From: an uncultured Actinomycetes bacterium
GTDB lineage: Bacteria > Actinomycetota > UBA4738 > HRBIN12
Assembly (NCBI GenBank): GCA_963704725.1
Contig: OY969934.1
Span: 96,001-160,000 of the forward strand
Length of the DNA: 64,000 nucleotides
Direction of reading: 5' to 3'
In this document: positions 9,103 to 19,408 of the stretch, in pieces
Numbering within the stretch: the first letter of the stretch is position 1
Layout: each line of letters starts with the position of its first letter
Translations under genes and position numbers: made by a program
The notes under the pieces: generated by a model
What the model saw: only the letters and a program-made list of their open reading frames with translations
What the model was told of the DNA's origin: nothing
The model's database searches: none

Positions 9103-11451
9103 TCAGCCCGGCGCTGCCGGCGCGCCCGGGCCGATCGGCCGCTCGGGCGGCAGGAACAGCCGCGCCAGCGACCACACGAGCGCCGCGATCCCGAACGCCG
9201 CCAGCCCCACGATCAGCGGGGGTGCGTCGAGCGCGAAGAACTTCCTGCTGGCGGGGACCACCAGCGTGAGCGCGAACAACGCCGGCATCGCCCACACCAG
9301 CGCGAGCCTCGCCCGCGTCAGGGGCGCCGCGATCACGGTCAGCACCAGGAACCCGATCCACAGCAGCACCATCGTGGCCGTGGTCTGCGCCTCGGGCAGG
9401 CTCACGCTCGGGTCGTCGCGGGCGAGCACGTAGCCGAGGAACGTCGCGACCGCCGCCAGCGTCCCGGCCGGGACCGTGAACCGGAGCACGCGGCGCAGGA
9501 ATCCCCGGCGCGCCCGCTCGTGATTCGGCGCCAGCGCCAGGAAGAACGACGGGATGCCGATCGTGAGCGCCCCGATCAGCGTGAGGTGCCGGGGCAGGAA
9601 GGGGAACGGCAGCCCGACCACGCCCACCCCGAGCGCGATGAGCATCGCGTACACGGTCTTCGTCACGTACAGGTTCGAGGTCCGCTCGATGTTGCCGAGC
9701 ACCCGGCGCCCCTCGCCCACCACCGAGGGCAGCGCGTCGAACGACGAGTCCAGGAGCACGAGCTGGGCGACCGCCCTCGTCGCCGAGCTGCCCGACCCCA
9801 TGGCGATCCCGATGTCCGAGTCCTTGAGCGCGAGCACGTCGTTCACGCCGTCGCCGGTCATCGCGACCACGTGGCCGCGGGACTGCAGGGCGCCCACCAT
9901 GGCCCGCTTCTGCTGCGGCGTAACCCGGCCGAAGATCGAGCTCGCCTCGAGGACCTCAGCAAGCGCGCGCGGATCGGTCGGCAGGGTCTTGGCATCCACG
10001 GGCGCGCCGGCGCCGGCCAGGCCGACGCGGCGGGCCACGGCGGCGACGGTCTCGGGGTGGTCACCACTGATCACCTTGACCTCGACCGACTGCCGCGCGA
10101 AGTACGCGAGGGTGTCCGACGCGGTCTCGCGGACGCGATCTCCGAGGATCACGAACGCCACCGGGACGACGCTCCCGGGGACCCGGTCCCCGGACAGGTC
10201 GGCGTCGGTCCTGGCCAGGAGCACGACGCGCCGACCCGACCCGGCGTGCTCGAGCGCCCGGCGCAGCTCGGCGTCGGCGGCGACCGCCGCGAGCAGCACG
10301 TCCGGCGCCCCGAGCACCCACGTCCCTCTCGCGCCGAACGTCGCCCCGCTCCACTTCCGCGCGGACGAGAACGGCACCACGTCGCCCGCGAGCCACCCCT
10401 CGGCGGCGTCCGGGAACGCCTCGCCGATCGCCAGCAGCGTCGCGTTCGGGTTGGGGTCGGCGGCCGCCAGCGCGGCGAGGGCGTCCCGGTGGGTCCCGTC
10501 CTCGCGCAGGATCTCGACCTCCTCCACGACGAGCCGGCCCTCGGTGAGGGTGCCGGTCTTGTCGATGCACAGCACGTCCACCCGGGCCAGGACCTCGACG
10601 GCCGGGAGCTCCTGGACGAGGACCCGCTGCCGAGCCAGCCGAACGACGCCGACGGCGAACGCGACGCTCGTGAGCAGGACGAGCCCCTCCGGCACCATGG
10701 CCACCGTGCCCGCGACGGAGCCGCGGAGGGCGTCCCGCACGCTCGCGCTCGCACGGAGCTGGCTGATCACGAGCAGGATCGCCGTCGGGACCAGCGCCCA
10801 GGTGACGATGCGCAGGATCCGGTCGATGCCGCCTCGGAGCTCGGACCGCGTCAGCGTGAACCGCCTGGCCTGCTCGGCGAGGCCGGCCGCGTAGGCCTGC
10901 GCCCCGACGCGCGTGGCGCGGAATCGACCGTCGCCGGCGGCGACGAACGACCCGGAGAGAACCTCGTCGCCGGTTCGCTTCGCGACCGGCTCCGACTCGC
11001 CGGTGAGCAACGACTCGTCGACCTCGAGGCCCCTCGCGTCGAGCACCTCACCGTCCACCACGACCTGATCGCCCGGCCGCAGCTCGAGCACGTCGCCCAG
11101 GACCACGTCGGTCACGGGGGCCTCGCCCACGGCGCCCGCCCGCACGATCCTCGCGTGCGGCGAGGTCAGCACGGCCAGCCGGTCCAGGGTCCCCTTCGCC
11201 CGGACCTCCTGGAAGATTCCGACGCTCGCGTTGGCGATCAGGACGAAGCCGAACAGCGCGTCCTGGATCGGCCCGACGATCAGGATCACGACCAGCAGCG
11301 AGCCGAGCAGCGCGTTGAACCGCGTGAAGACGTTGGCCCGCACGATCTCGGCGACCGTGCGGGAGGCGGTCGCCGGGACGTCGTTGACCTCCCCGCGCGC
11401 CCGGCGCTCGGCCACCTCGGCGAGCGTGAGGCCGTCGATGGGGGAGGACAT
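9103..11451 (-). CDS. Cation-transporting P-type ATPase (CtpE-like)
   Basis: TGES, VPEGL, DKTGTLT and TGDGVND motifs. Confidence 0.92.
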   Translation of the reverse strand: MSSPIDGLTLAEVAERRARGEVNDVPATASRTVAEIVRANVFTRFNALLGSLLVVILIVGPIQDALFGFVLIANASVGIFQEVRAKGTLDRLAVLTSPHARIVRAGAVGEAPVTDVVLGDVLELRPGDQVVVDGEVLDARGLEVDESLLTGESEPVAKRTGDEVLSGSFVAAGDGRFRATRVGAQAYAAGLAEQARRFTLTRSELRGGIDRILRIVTWALVPTAILLVISQLRASASVRDALRGSVAGTVAMVPEGLVLLTSVAFAVGVVRLARQRVLVQELPAVEVLARVDVLCIDKTGTLTEGRLVVEEVEILREDGTHRDALAALAAADPNPNATLLAIGEAFPDAAEGWLAGDVVPFSSARKWSGATFGARGTWVLGAPDVLLAAVAADAELRRALEHAGSGRRVVLLARTDADLSGDRVPGSVVPVAFVILGDRVRETASDTLAYFARQSVEVKVISGDHPETVAAVARRVGLAGAGAPVDAKTLPTDPRALAEVLEASSIFGRVTPQQKRAMVGALQSRGHVVAMTGDGVNDVLALKDSDIGIAMGSGSSATRAVAQLVLLDSSFDALPSVVGEGRRVLGNIERTSNLYVTKTVYAMLIALGVGVVGLPFPFLPRHLTLIGALTIGIPSFFLALAPNHERARRGFLRRVLRFTVPAGTLAAVATFLGYVLARDDPSVSLPEAQTTATMVLLWIGFLVLTVIAAPLTRARLALVWAMPALFALTLVVPASRKFFALDAPPLIVGLAAFGIAALVWSLARLFLPPERPIGPGAPAAPG

Positions 11452-11483
11452 GGCGTTCAGAGCCTAGCCCCGGCCGGGAGCGC

Positions 11484-12125
11484 TCAGGACTCGGAGCGCG
11501 AGCCCGACAGGGCCGCGACGGCCCCGAGCGACAGGTAGATGCCGCCGCTCACGTAGCGCTGCACCCGGCGGAACCGCGCGCTCGAGCGCAACCAGCCCCC
11601 CGCCCGCGCCGCGATGAGCGCGTACGTCCCGTCGGAGCACAGCCCGAGGGCGATGAACGTCAGGCCGAGCACGATCATCTGCAGCCAGACTGCGCCGCGG
11701 CCCGTGTCCACGAACTGCGGCAGGAACGCCAGGAAGAACAGCGCCGTCTTGGGGTTCAGCACGTTGACGACGACGCCCTGGCCGAAGATGCGCCGCAGGC
11801 TGCGGGGGGACGCCTCGGCGGCCTCCGGCTCGCGCTCTTCCCTGCCCAGGATCTTGCGGAGGCCGAGCGCGATCAGATAGGCGGCGCCGGCGTACTTCAC
11901 CACGCTGAACGCGACCGCGGACGACGCGAGGATCGCGGAGAGGCCGAGCGCGGCCCCGGCGACGTGGACGAGCGAGCCCACGTGGATCCCCGCCACCGAC
12001 ACGAACCCCGCGGTCCGCCCCTGGTCGATCGAGCGCGTCACGATGTACAGGACGGCGGGACCGGGCACCACGAGGAGCGCGAGCGCGACCGGGGCGAACA
12101 CGAGCAGCGTGTGAACGTCCGGCAT
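11484..12125 (-). CDS. LysE/RhtB-family exporter
   Basis: VPGP, KYAGAAYL and LNPKTALFFLAFLPQF motifs. Confidence 0.9.
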   Translation of the reverse strand: MPDVHTLLVFAPVALALLVVPGPAVLYIVTRSIDQGRTAGFVSVAGIHVGSLVHVAGAALGLSAILASSAVAFSVVKYAGAAYLIALGLRKILGREEREPEAAEASPRSLRRIFGQGVVVNVLNPKTALFFLAFLPQFVDTGRGAVWLQMIVLGLTFIALGLCSDGTYALIAARAGGWLRSSARFRRVQRYVSGGIYLSLGAVAALSGSRSES

Positions 12126-12153
12126 CGGCGCAGGCTAGCCGAAGCGCCGGGGC

Positions 12154-13548
12154 TCAGCCACCCCGCTGCTCGGCGGCCCACCACTCGTCGAGCAGACGGT
12201 AGGCCTCCTCGTCGTCGAGGGGACCGCGATCGAGCCGGAGCTCCATCAGGTGCTCGCGCGCCCTCCCCACGGCCGGGCCCGGTGCAAGTCCGAGGTGCTC
12301 CATGATCTGGTTGCCGTCGAGCGGCGGGCGCATCTGCTCGACGTTCTCCTCCTCGGCCAGCCGGGCGATCCGCTCCTCGAGGTCGTCCTGCAGCGCCTCG
12401 AGCTGCTTGGCCTTGAGGGGGTTCTGCGTCGTGCAGTCGGCGCGCGTGAGCTGGTTCAGCCGGTCGAGCAGCGGGCCCGCGTCGCGGACGTAGCGCCGGA
12501 CGGCGCTGTCGCTCCACTCGCTGTAGCCGTGGAAGCGCAGGTGCATCTCGACCAGGTGCACCACGTCCTCGACGACGTGCCCCGGGTAGCGCAGGGTCTG
12601 GAGCCGCTCCCGCGCCATGCGGGCACCGACCACCTCGTGGTGGTGGAAGGACACCCCGTCCGCCCCGATCTCTCGAGTGGCGGGCTTGCCGACGTCGTGC
12701 AGGAGCGCGGCCAGGCGCAGCGTGAGGTCTCGCGGATCGCACTTCTCCACGACCGCGTACGTGTGGTGCAGCACGTCCTTGTGCCGCTGCACGGGGTCCT
12801 GCTCGAGGCGGAGGGCGGGGAGCTCGGGCAGGAACTCCTCCGCCAGAGCGGTCCGCACGACGAGCTCGAGGCCCTTCGAGGGCTTCGCACCCTGGAGCAG
12901 CTTCGAGAGCTCGTCCGAGATCCGCTCGGCCGACACGATCCGCAGGCGCTCGCGCATCCGTTCGATCGCCTCGAGCACCCTCGGCGCCGGCTCCAGCTCG
13001 AGCTGCGACGCGAACCGCGCCGCCCGGAGCATCCGCAGCGGGTCGTCGCCGAAGGAGATCTCCGGGTCGAGCGGCGTGTCGAGACGCTTGGTGGCGAGAT
13101 GCTTCACGCCGCCGAAGGGATCGACGAACTCCCCCTCGGGCAGCCGCACGGCCATCGCGTTCACGGTGAAGTCGCGGCGCGACAGATCGGTCTCCACGTC
13201 CTTGCCGAACGTGACCGCGGGCTTGCGATGCTCCTCCGCGTAGACCTCCTGGCGGAAGGTCGTGATCTCGAACGTCTGATCGCCCTTGCGCGCGCCGACG
13301 GTCCCGTACTTCACGCCGACCAGGTAGTGCCGGTCCGGCCACCCGCGGAGCACGGAAAGGGTCTCGCGGGGGAGCGCGTCCGTCGCGAAGTCGAGGTCCC
13401 CGTGCGGTCGGTGGAGCAGGAGGTCGCGGACCACGCCGCCGACCAGGTAGAGCTCGTGGCCAGCCAGGCGGAAGCGTTCGCCGAGCTCCTTGGCGACGGG
13501 GGGGACCTCGAGCAGCGCGCCGTCGTCGCGGCGCGAGCGAGCGGCCAT
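12154..13548 (-). CDS. cca: CCA tRNA nucleotidyltransferase (with HD domain)
   Basis: LVGGVVRD, DLDFAT, RRDFTVNA, DDPLRMLRAARF, LLHDVGKP. Confidence 0.93.
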   Translation of the reverse strand: MAARSRRDDGALLEVPPVAKELGERFRLAGHELYLVGGVVRDLLLHRPHGDLDFATDALPRETLSVLRGWPDRHYLVGVKYGTVGARKGDQTFEITTFRQEVYAEEHRKPAVTFGKDVETDLSRRDFTVNAMAVRLPEGEFVDPFGGVKHLATKRLDTPLDPEISFGDDPLRMLRAARFASQLELEPAPRVLEAIERMRERLRIVSAERISDELSKLLQGAKPSKGLELVVRTALAEEFLPELPALRLEQDPVQRHKDVLHHTYAVVEKCDPRDLTLRLAALLHDVGKPATREIGADGVSFHHHEVVGARMARERLQTLRYPGHVVEDVVHLVEMHLRFHGYSEWSDSAVRRYVRDAGPLLDRLNQLTRADCTTQNPLKAKQLEALQDDLEERIARLAEEENVEQMRPPLDGNQIMEHLGLAPGPAVGRAREHLMELRLDRGPLDDEEAYRLLDEWWAAEQRGG

Positions 13549-13600
13549 GACCGGGTCAGGATACCCCGGGCCCTCGGGCCGACTGCGCTACCGTCCGCGC

Positions 13601-13969
13601 GTGAGCGCGCTCAAGCTGGTCGGTTTCGCCTGGACGTTGCCGAACACGCTGCTCGGCCTGGTCCTCGGCGCGCTCACGTTCCAGCGGCCGAGGCTCCACG
13701 GGGGCGCCATCGTCTTCGACCGCGGACCCCGCGGGGTGACGGCCCTCCTGAAGGCGATGCACCGCACCGCGATGACCGTGGGGTTCGTGATCCTCGGCGC
13801 GGTCCCGGTCGAGGGACGACTGCTGGTGCACGAGCGGCACCACATCCGTCAGTTCATGGCGCTGGGACCGCTGTTCATCCCGGTCTACTTCGGGCTGGCG
13901 ATCCCCTTCGGCTATCGCCGGCACCCCATGGAGCGTGCCGCTCGCCGTGCCGCGGACGAAGACGACTGA
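13601..13969 (+). CDS. Hypothetical membrane-associated protein with HExxH motif
   Basis: LLVHERHHIRQ...HPMERAA; TACCGT 6 nt before GTG. Confidence 0.7.
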   Translation: MSALKLVGFAWTLPNTLLGLVLGALTFQRPRLHGGAIVFDRGPRGVTALLKAMHRTAMTVGFVILGAVPVEGRLLVHERHHIRQFMALGPLFIPVYFGLAIPFGYRRHPMERAARRAADEDD

Positions 13970-13983
13970 GTACCCTCGTTGAC

Positions 13984-14262
13984 ATGAGCCACTACGTGAT
14001 GACCTACGAGCTGGTCGACGACTACCTGGACCGTCGCCCCGAGTTCCGCGACGACCATCTCGGTCTGGCCCGCGCGGCGCACGAGCGAGGCGACCTCGTG
14101 CTCGCCGGGGCGCTCGCGGACCCCGTCGACCGGGCCGTCCTCGTCTTCACGTCCGCCGAGGCCGCCGAGGCCTTCGCCGAGCGCGACCCGTACGTGCGGA
14201 ACGGCCTCGTCACGCGGCGGGAGATCCGAGCGTGGACCGTCGTGGTGGGCGGAGAGTCGTAG
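13984..14262 (+). CDS. YciI-like protein
   Basis: YLDRRPEFRDDHL...LAGALADP...DPYVRNGLV. Confidence 0.88.
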   Translation: MSHYVMTYELVDDYLDRRPEFRDDHLGLARAAHERGDLVLAGALADPVDRAVLVFTSAEAAEAFAERDPYVRNGLVTRREIRAWTVVVGGES

Positions 14263-14297
14263 CGAGCTCTTCCGGGAGCGAGCGTCGGGCTCGAGCC

Positions 14298-15389
14298 CTA
14301 CGGCACGCCGGCGGGCATGGTCCGCACGGTGCTCCCGTGGAGCGCCAGGACGAAGTCGTGCGGGTTCGTCGAGGCTCGACGAGCGTCCTCCTCGGTCACC
14401 AGGCCCTCGTTCACGAGCTTGACCAGGGCCTGGTCGAAGGTCTGCATGCCGTAGTACGAACCCTCGGCGATCACGTCCTTGATCTCGACGGTTGCCGACG
14501 GGTCGACGATGCGGTCGTACACGCGGCCCGTCGCGATCAGGACCTCGACGGCCGGCACCCGCCCCTTGCCGTCGGCCCGCGACAGGAGCCGCTGCGACAC
14601 GATCCCCTTGAGCGCTCCGGCGAAGGACGAGCGGACCTCCCGCTGCTGCGATGGCGGGAAGAGGTCGAGCAGCCGGTTGATCGTCTCGGTCGCGTCGATC
14701 GTGTGCAGGGTCGAGATGACCAGGTGCCCGGTCTCGGCCGCCTGGATCGCGGACAGCGCGGACTCCGGGTCCCGGATCTCGCCGACGAAGATGACGTCGG
14801 GGTCCTGACGGATCACGTGCTTGAGGGCGGCCGCGTACGAGTCGGTGTCGAGCCCGATCTCGCGCTGCTGGATGATCGAGCGGTCGTCGTCGTGCACGAC
14901 CTCGATGGGGTCCTCGACGGTGACGATGTGTGCCCGGCGCGTCCGGTTGATGTGACCGATCATCGCGGCGATCGACGTCGTCTTCCCGGTCCCCGTCGGC
15001 CCGGTGAGCAGCACCAGCCCCCGCGGCGACTCCGCCAGCTCGGCGACCACCGGCGGGAGCATGAGCTCCTCGATCGTCGGGACGTCCGAGCGCACGCGGC
15101 GGACCGCGAGCCCGACCATCCCCCGCTGGCGGAACACGTTGACCCGGAACCGGCCCACGCCCGGCATCGTGTAGCCGAAGTCGGCCTCGCTGGAGGTCTC
15201 GAACTCCTTGCGCTTGTGCTCGGGCATGATCGCGATCGCGGCGCCCGCGGTGTCGTTCGAGGACATCGCCGGGAACGGCGTCGGCTCGAGCTCGCCGTCC
15301 ACCCGGATGAAGGGAACGTTCCCGGCCTTGATGTGGAGGTCGCTTCCTCCCATCTCGACCGTGTAGCGGAGCAGGTCGGTGACGTCCAC
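14298..15389 (-). CDS. pilT: Type IV pilus retraction ATPase (PilT/PilU family)
   Basis: SDLHI, RFRVNVF, GPTGTGKTT, EDPIE, RQDPDVIFVGEIRD, AAETGHLVISTLH, GMQTFDQ. Confidence 0.9.
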   Translation of the reverse strand: MDVTDLLRYTVEMGGSDLHIKAGNVPFIRVDGELEPTPFPAMSSNDTAGAAIAIMPEHKRKEFETSSEADFGYTMPGVGRFRVNVFRQRGMVGLAVRRVRSDVPTIEELMLPPVVAELAESPRGLVLLTGPTGTGKTTSIAAMIGHINRTRRAHIVTVEDPIEVVHDDDRSIIQQREIGLDTDSYAAALKHVIRQDPDVIFVGEIRDPESALSAIQAAETGHLVISTLHTIDATETINRLLDLFPPSQQREVRSSFAGALKGIVSQRLLSRADGKGRVPAVEVLIATGRVYDRIVDPSATVEIKDVIAEGSYYGMQTFDQALVKLVNEGLVTEEDARRASTNPHDFVLALHGSTVRTMPAGVP

Positions 15390-15391
15390 CC

Positions 15392-16102
15392 CTAGTCCCT
15401 CTCTCCTTCGGGCGCCAGCCCGGGCTCCAACCCCGGGTCGAGCTCCCGCTCGCGCTCCAGCCCGGCCTCGATCGTGACGAGGTCCACTCTCCTTCTTCGG
15501 CGCGCCGCGAGGAACTTTGAGACCCCGATCGAGAAAAGCAGGACCCCCAGCAGGGCCAGGCCGAGGGGGGTCGCGTACCGCTCCCAGCGCTGGTAGGACT
15601 TCCCGAGCACGAATCCGATCACCGAGTGCAGGGTGCCCCAGATCGCCGCCCCGGCCACGTCGTAGACGAGGAACCGCCTCCAGCGCATGTGCGCCGCCCC
15701 CGCCACGATGAACCCCACGCTGCGGACCACAGGGATGAATCGGCCGAGGAACACCGTCTTGCCCCCATGGGCGGCGTAGTAGCCCTCGGCCGCGGTCAGC
15801 CGCTCCGGCGTCACGAGGACCTTCCGCCCGTGGCGCTCGAGGAAGCCCCGCCCGAACCGCCGCCCGATCCAGAAGCCGAGGTTGTCGCCGAGGACCGCGC
15901 CCACCACCGCGACGACCGCGACCGCTGGCAGCCAGAGGTCGCCTCGCCACGCATAGAATCCGCCGACGATGACGAGGGTCTCGCCCGGCACGACGACGCC
16001 CGCACCGACCGAGTTCTCCAGGAACGTGGCGAGGCCGATGATGGCGTATCCCCACGGCGCGCCGAGGTACGGGTCGAGGAACGCGAGGATGCGGTCGAGC
16101 AC
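15392..16102 (-). CDS. DedA-family membrane protein
   Basis: LENSVGAGVVVPGE, GDNLGFWIGR, GRFIPVVR. Confidence 0.9.
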   Translation of the reverse strand: MLDRILAFLDPYLGAPWGYAIIGLATFLENSVGAGVVVPGETLVIVGGFYAWRGDLWLPAVAVVAVVGAVLGDNLGFWIGRRFGRGFLERHGRKVLVTPERLTAAEGYYAAHGGKTVFLGRFIPVVRSVGFIVAGAAHMRWRRFLVYDVAGAAIWGTLHSVIGFVLGKSYQRWERYATPLGLALLGVLLFSIGVSKFLAARRRRRVDLVTIEAGLERERELDPGLEPGLAPEGERD

Positions 16103-16165
16103 TGGCGCTCAGTATAGGAAGGGGCTCTCGTGGACCCGGGACCCGAGGGACTGCCCGAGGGACTG

Positions 16166-16591
16166 ATGGAGACACGCCAGGAGGTCTCGGCCGGCGGCGT
16201 CGTGTATCGCGTCGAGGGCGGCGCCATACACGTCTGCCTCGCCGCCCGCCGGACCCGTCGCGGACAGCTCGCGTGGGGGCTTCCCAAGGGGGCGGTGGAG
16301 CTCGAGGAGACGCCGGAGGCCGCCGCGGTCCGCGAGGTCCTTGAGGAGACGGGCCTCGTCGCCGAGATCGAACACGACCTCGGGACGATCCGGTACTTCT
16401 ACGTGTGGGAGGGCGTCCGGATCCGAAAGCAGGTGCGCTTCTTCCTGATGCACGCCACCGGAGGCGACGTCGCCGACCACGACCACGAGATGGAGGAGGT
16501 TCGGTGGTTCCCGGCCGGGCGCGTCGTGAAGCGCGCGGCCTACCGTGGCGAGCGTGAGGTGCTCGCGCGAGCGGTCGGCATGCTCTCGTGA
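16166..16591 (+). CDS. NUDIX hydrolase
   Basis: Nudix box PKGAVELEETPEAAAVREVLEETG; conserved position near cca. Confidence 0.9.
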   Translation: METRQEVSAGGVVYRVEGGAIHVCLAARRTRRGQLAWGLPKGAVELEETPEAAAVREVLEETGLVAEIEHDLGTIRYFYVWEGVRIRKQVRFFLMHATGGDVADHDHEMEEVRWFPAGRVVKRAAYRGEREVLARAVGMLS

Positions 16592-17364
16592 CGCCTTGGC
16601 AGGTCCCCCTCGGCATCGCGGCGGGCTTCGTCGCCGGCGTGCTCTCGGGGTTGTTCGGCGTCGGCGGCGGCGTCGTGACGACGCCGGCGGTGAACGTCCT
16701 GCTGGGCGGGACCGCCTACCAGGCCATCGGGACGCCGCTGCCGGTGATCTTCCCTACCTCGCTCGTCGGCGCCTACACGTACTCGAAAGCGGGAGAGGTG
16801 GGGCTCCGAGCGGCGTGGTGGACGGCGATCCCCGGCGCGCCGGGGGCCTATCTGGGCGCGTCGCTGAGCGCCTACGTGAATCCCCACCTCCTGCTCATCA
16901 CCACGTCCATCCTCATGGCCTGGACGGCGGTGCGGGTGATGCGGGGACGCAGGACCCCGAGCGAGTGGCGGTTGGGGGCGACTCCCGGCTGGAAGTACGC
17001 GGTCATCGGACTCGCGGCCGGATTCATCTCAGGGATCCTCGGCGTCGGAGGAGGGATCGTGATGGTGCCGGCCTTCACGATCTTGATCGGCATGCCGATC
17101 AAGCGAGCGCTCGGCACCTCGCTCGTCGTGATCTCCGTCCTGGTCGTGCCTGCCACCCTGCGACACTGGGCGCTCGGGCACATCGACTGGGCGATCTTCC
17201 TCGTGCTCGCGATCGGCGTCGTTCCCGGGGCACGGCTCGGCTCCAAGCTCGCGCTCGGCGCCAGCGAGCGCACCTTGCGGGTGGCGGTCGGTCTCTTCCT
17301 GCTGGCGATCGCCGTCCTGTACGGGATCGACGAGCTCGTCGCTCTGGTCCAGAGCCGCGGCTAG
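16588..17364 (+). CDS. TauE/SafE-family (sulfite exporter-like) membrane protein
   Basis: Duplicated SGxxGVGGG and AxGT motifs. Confidence 0.85.
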   Translation: MTPWQVPLGIAAGFVAGVLSGLFGVGGGVVTTPAVNVLLGGTAYQAIGTPLPVIFPTSLVGAYTYSKAGEVGLRAAWWTAIPGAPGAYLGASLSAYVNPHLLLITTSILMAWTAVRVMRGRRTPSEWRLGATPGWKYAVIGLAAGFISGILGVGGGIVMVPAFTILIGMPIKRALGTSLVVISVLVVPATLRHWALGHIDWAIFLVLAIGVVPGARLGSKLALGASERTLRVAVGLFLLAIAVLYGIDELVALVQSRG

Positions 17365-17380
17365 GATGGCCCCGCCGATC

Positions 17381-19408
17381 ATGCGACGGCTCCCCGCTCT
17401 GCTCGCGGTTCTCGGCGCGCTCGCGCTGCAGCCGACGACGGCCTCAGCCCAGGAGCCCATCGAGGTGCGTCTGACGCTGCTGTCGCAGACCTCGTGGAAC
17501 TCGTCCTTCGATCCCGCGCACGGCCGCGACGTGCTCGTCGCCTTCCGCGCCGAGAACCTCGGGACCACGGTGGTCGACGAGCTCTCGATCGGCGTGACGC
17601 TCTACGGCAGGGTCATCACGCGCACCCAGTACGAGACCTCGCTCACCGCGGATCCCCCCGTGGTGATCAGCGCCGTGACGCTCACGCGCGACGGCCCCCT
17701 CCTTCCCGGCCAGCCGCGCGACTTCTCCGTCGCGTTCCCGCTGGACTCGCCGAGCATCGACCCCGTCGACTCGGGCGTCTATCCGCTGAAGGTCGACCTG
17801 CGGAGCGGCCTCGTCTCGATCGCCGCCATCCGGAGCGCGGTGATCTTCCTGGTGCGCCAGCCCGAGGTCCCCGTGGATCTGTCCTGGACGCTCGTCGTGG
17901 ACCACCCGATCGAGTTCGGGCCCGACGGGGTGTTCACGTCGACCGGACTCGAGACCGCGCTCGCGCCCGGAGGACGACTCGCCGCCGAGCTGAGCGCGCT
18001 CCTCGAGCTCGTCGCGGACCCGATACACCCGGCCGTCGACGTGGCGATCTCGCCAACGCTCCTCGGCCAGCTCGCCGACATGGCCGATGGGTACGACGTG
18101 GCCTCCGGCACCGGCGTTCGCGAGGTCGGACCCGACCAGGGGGCCGCCCTCCTCGCCGCGGAGGCCATCGACGACCTCCGCCGGATCGCACAGGCCCCCA
18201 ACGTCCGCATCAGCGCCCTGCCCTACGCCTCCCCGGAGCTGCCGTCGCTGCTCTCCGGTGGTCTGCCCCGGGACGCCGACGTCCAGATCCAGCAAGGGCG
18301 GGAGCTCGTGGGGACCTCCCTGCAGACGTCGCCCGACACGAGCGTCCTGCGGCCCCCGGGCGCCGCGCTCGACGATCCGACCGTCCGGGCCCTGCCCGGC
18401 CTCGGCGTCTCGACGATCGTGGCCGGTCCGGCCACCGTCTCTCCCTCTCCCCAGCCGCTCGGCTTCGTGGGACCGCCCACCGCCGGGCTCGGCGAGGACG
18501 GGGAGGTCACGGCCATCGTCCCCGAGCCGGGGGTCATGGCGCTCTTCCAGTCGACCGCCGCCGCAACCGACCCGGCCCTCACCGCCCAGATCGCGCTCGG
18601 CGAGCTCGCCACGATCTGGCAGGAGCAGCCGGGGCTGGAGCGCGGGGTAGCCCTCGCGCTGACCGAGGACCTTCAACTCCCGCCGGGCTTCTTCGGGACC
18701 TTCTTCCGGGACGTCGCGCGCGCCCCGTGGCTCACGCCGATGCACGCGGGGGAGTTCGCGATCCGCTACCCGCCCGACGAGCCCTCGTCGCTCACCGCGC
18801 CGGCTCCACGTCGATTCTCCACCACCTACGTCGCGGAGCTCCGGCAGGCCCGGCGCCGCGTGGCCATCTATCGCTCGATGCTCACCGAGCCGAGCGATCG
18901 CCCCGACCAGTACGACCGGATGCTGCTGCTCGCCGAGTCCCGGCAGTTCCTGTCGAACCCGAGCGAGGGCCTCGCGTTCATCACGAACGTCCGCGACTCG
19001 GTGGGTGCGGTGTTCGGCGCCATCACGGTCAACTCGCCGCCCGAGATCACCCTCACCTCGAGCCACGGCAGCGGCATCCCGGTCACCGTGAGCAACGGCG
19101 ACGACGAAGCGCTGCGCGTCACGGTTCGGCTCCAGTCCCAGAACCTCCGTGGGTCCCTCAGCACCGACCTCGAGCTCGCGCCCGGCGATTCGCAGACCGT
19201 CACGTTCCGGGTCGACGCCGTGCGCACGGGGCGGTTCCAGGCGCTCCTCCAGGTCTTCGCGCCTGCGGGGCGCCCGATCGGCGAGCCGGTGCCGCTCCTG
19301 GTGCGCTCGACGGTGTACAACCGGATCGCGCTGGCGATCACGATCGCCGCCGCCCTGGGCCTGATGGCGCTGTGGGTGAGGAGGTTCCTGCGACGTCGGA
19401 CGTCGTGA
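17381..19408 (+). CDS. DUF6049-family secreted, C-terminally anchored protein
   Basis: Signal peptide, GVYPL, ALPYA motifs and a C-terminal TM; conserved actinobacterial position before murJ. Confidence 0.75.
   Translation: MRRLPALLAVLGALALQPTTASAQEPIEVRLTLLSQTSWNSSFDPAHGRDVLVAFRAENLGTTVVDELSIGVTLYGRVITRTQYETSLTADPPVVISAVTLTRDGPLLPGQPRDFSVAFPLDSPSIDPVDSGVYPLKVDLRSGLVSIAAIRSAVIFLVRQPEVPVDLSWTLVVDHPIEFGPDGVFTSTGLETALAPGGRLAAELSALLELVADPIHPAVDVAISPTLLGQLADMADGYDVASGTGVREVGPDQGAALLAAEAIDDLRRIAQAPNVRISALPYASPELPSLLSGGLPRDADVQIQQGRELVGTSLQTSPDTSVLRPPGAALDDPTVRALPGLGVSTIVAGPATVSPSPQPLGFVGPPTAGLGEDGEVTAIVPEPGVMALFQSTAAATDPALTAQIALGELATIWQEQPGLERGVALALTEDLQLPPGFFGTFFRDVARAPWLTPMHAGEFAIRYPPDEPSSLTAPAPRRFSTTYVAELRQARRRVAIYRSMLTEPSDRPDQYDRMLLLAESRQFLSNPSEGLAFITNVRDSVGAVFGAITVNSPPEITLTSSHGSGIPVTVSNGDDEALRVTVRLQSQNLRGSLSTDLELAPGDSQTVTFRVDAVRTGRFQALLQVFAPAGRPIGEPVPLLVRSTVYNRIALAITIAAALGLMALWVRRFLRRRTS

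Noticed and set aside
17494-19404. Apparent 1198-aa MurJ with a long N-terminal extension
   Set aside because: The extension is an Arg/Gly-rich off-frame reading of the DUF6049 gene; the real start is GTG 19405
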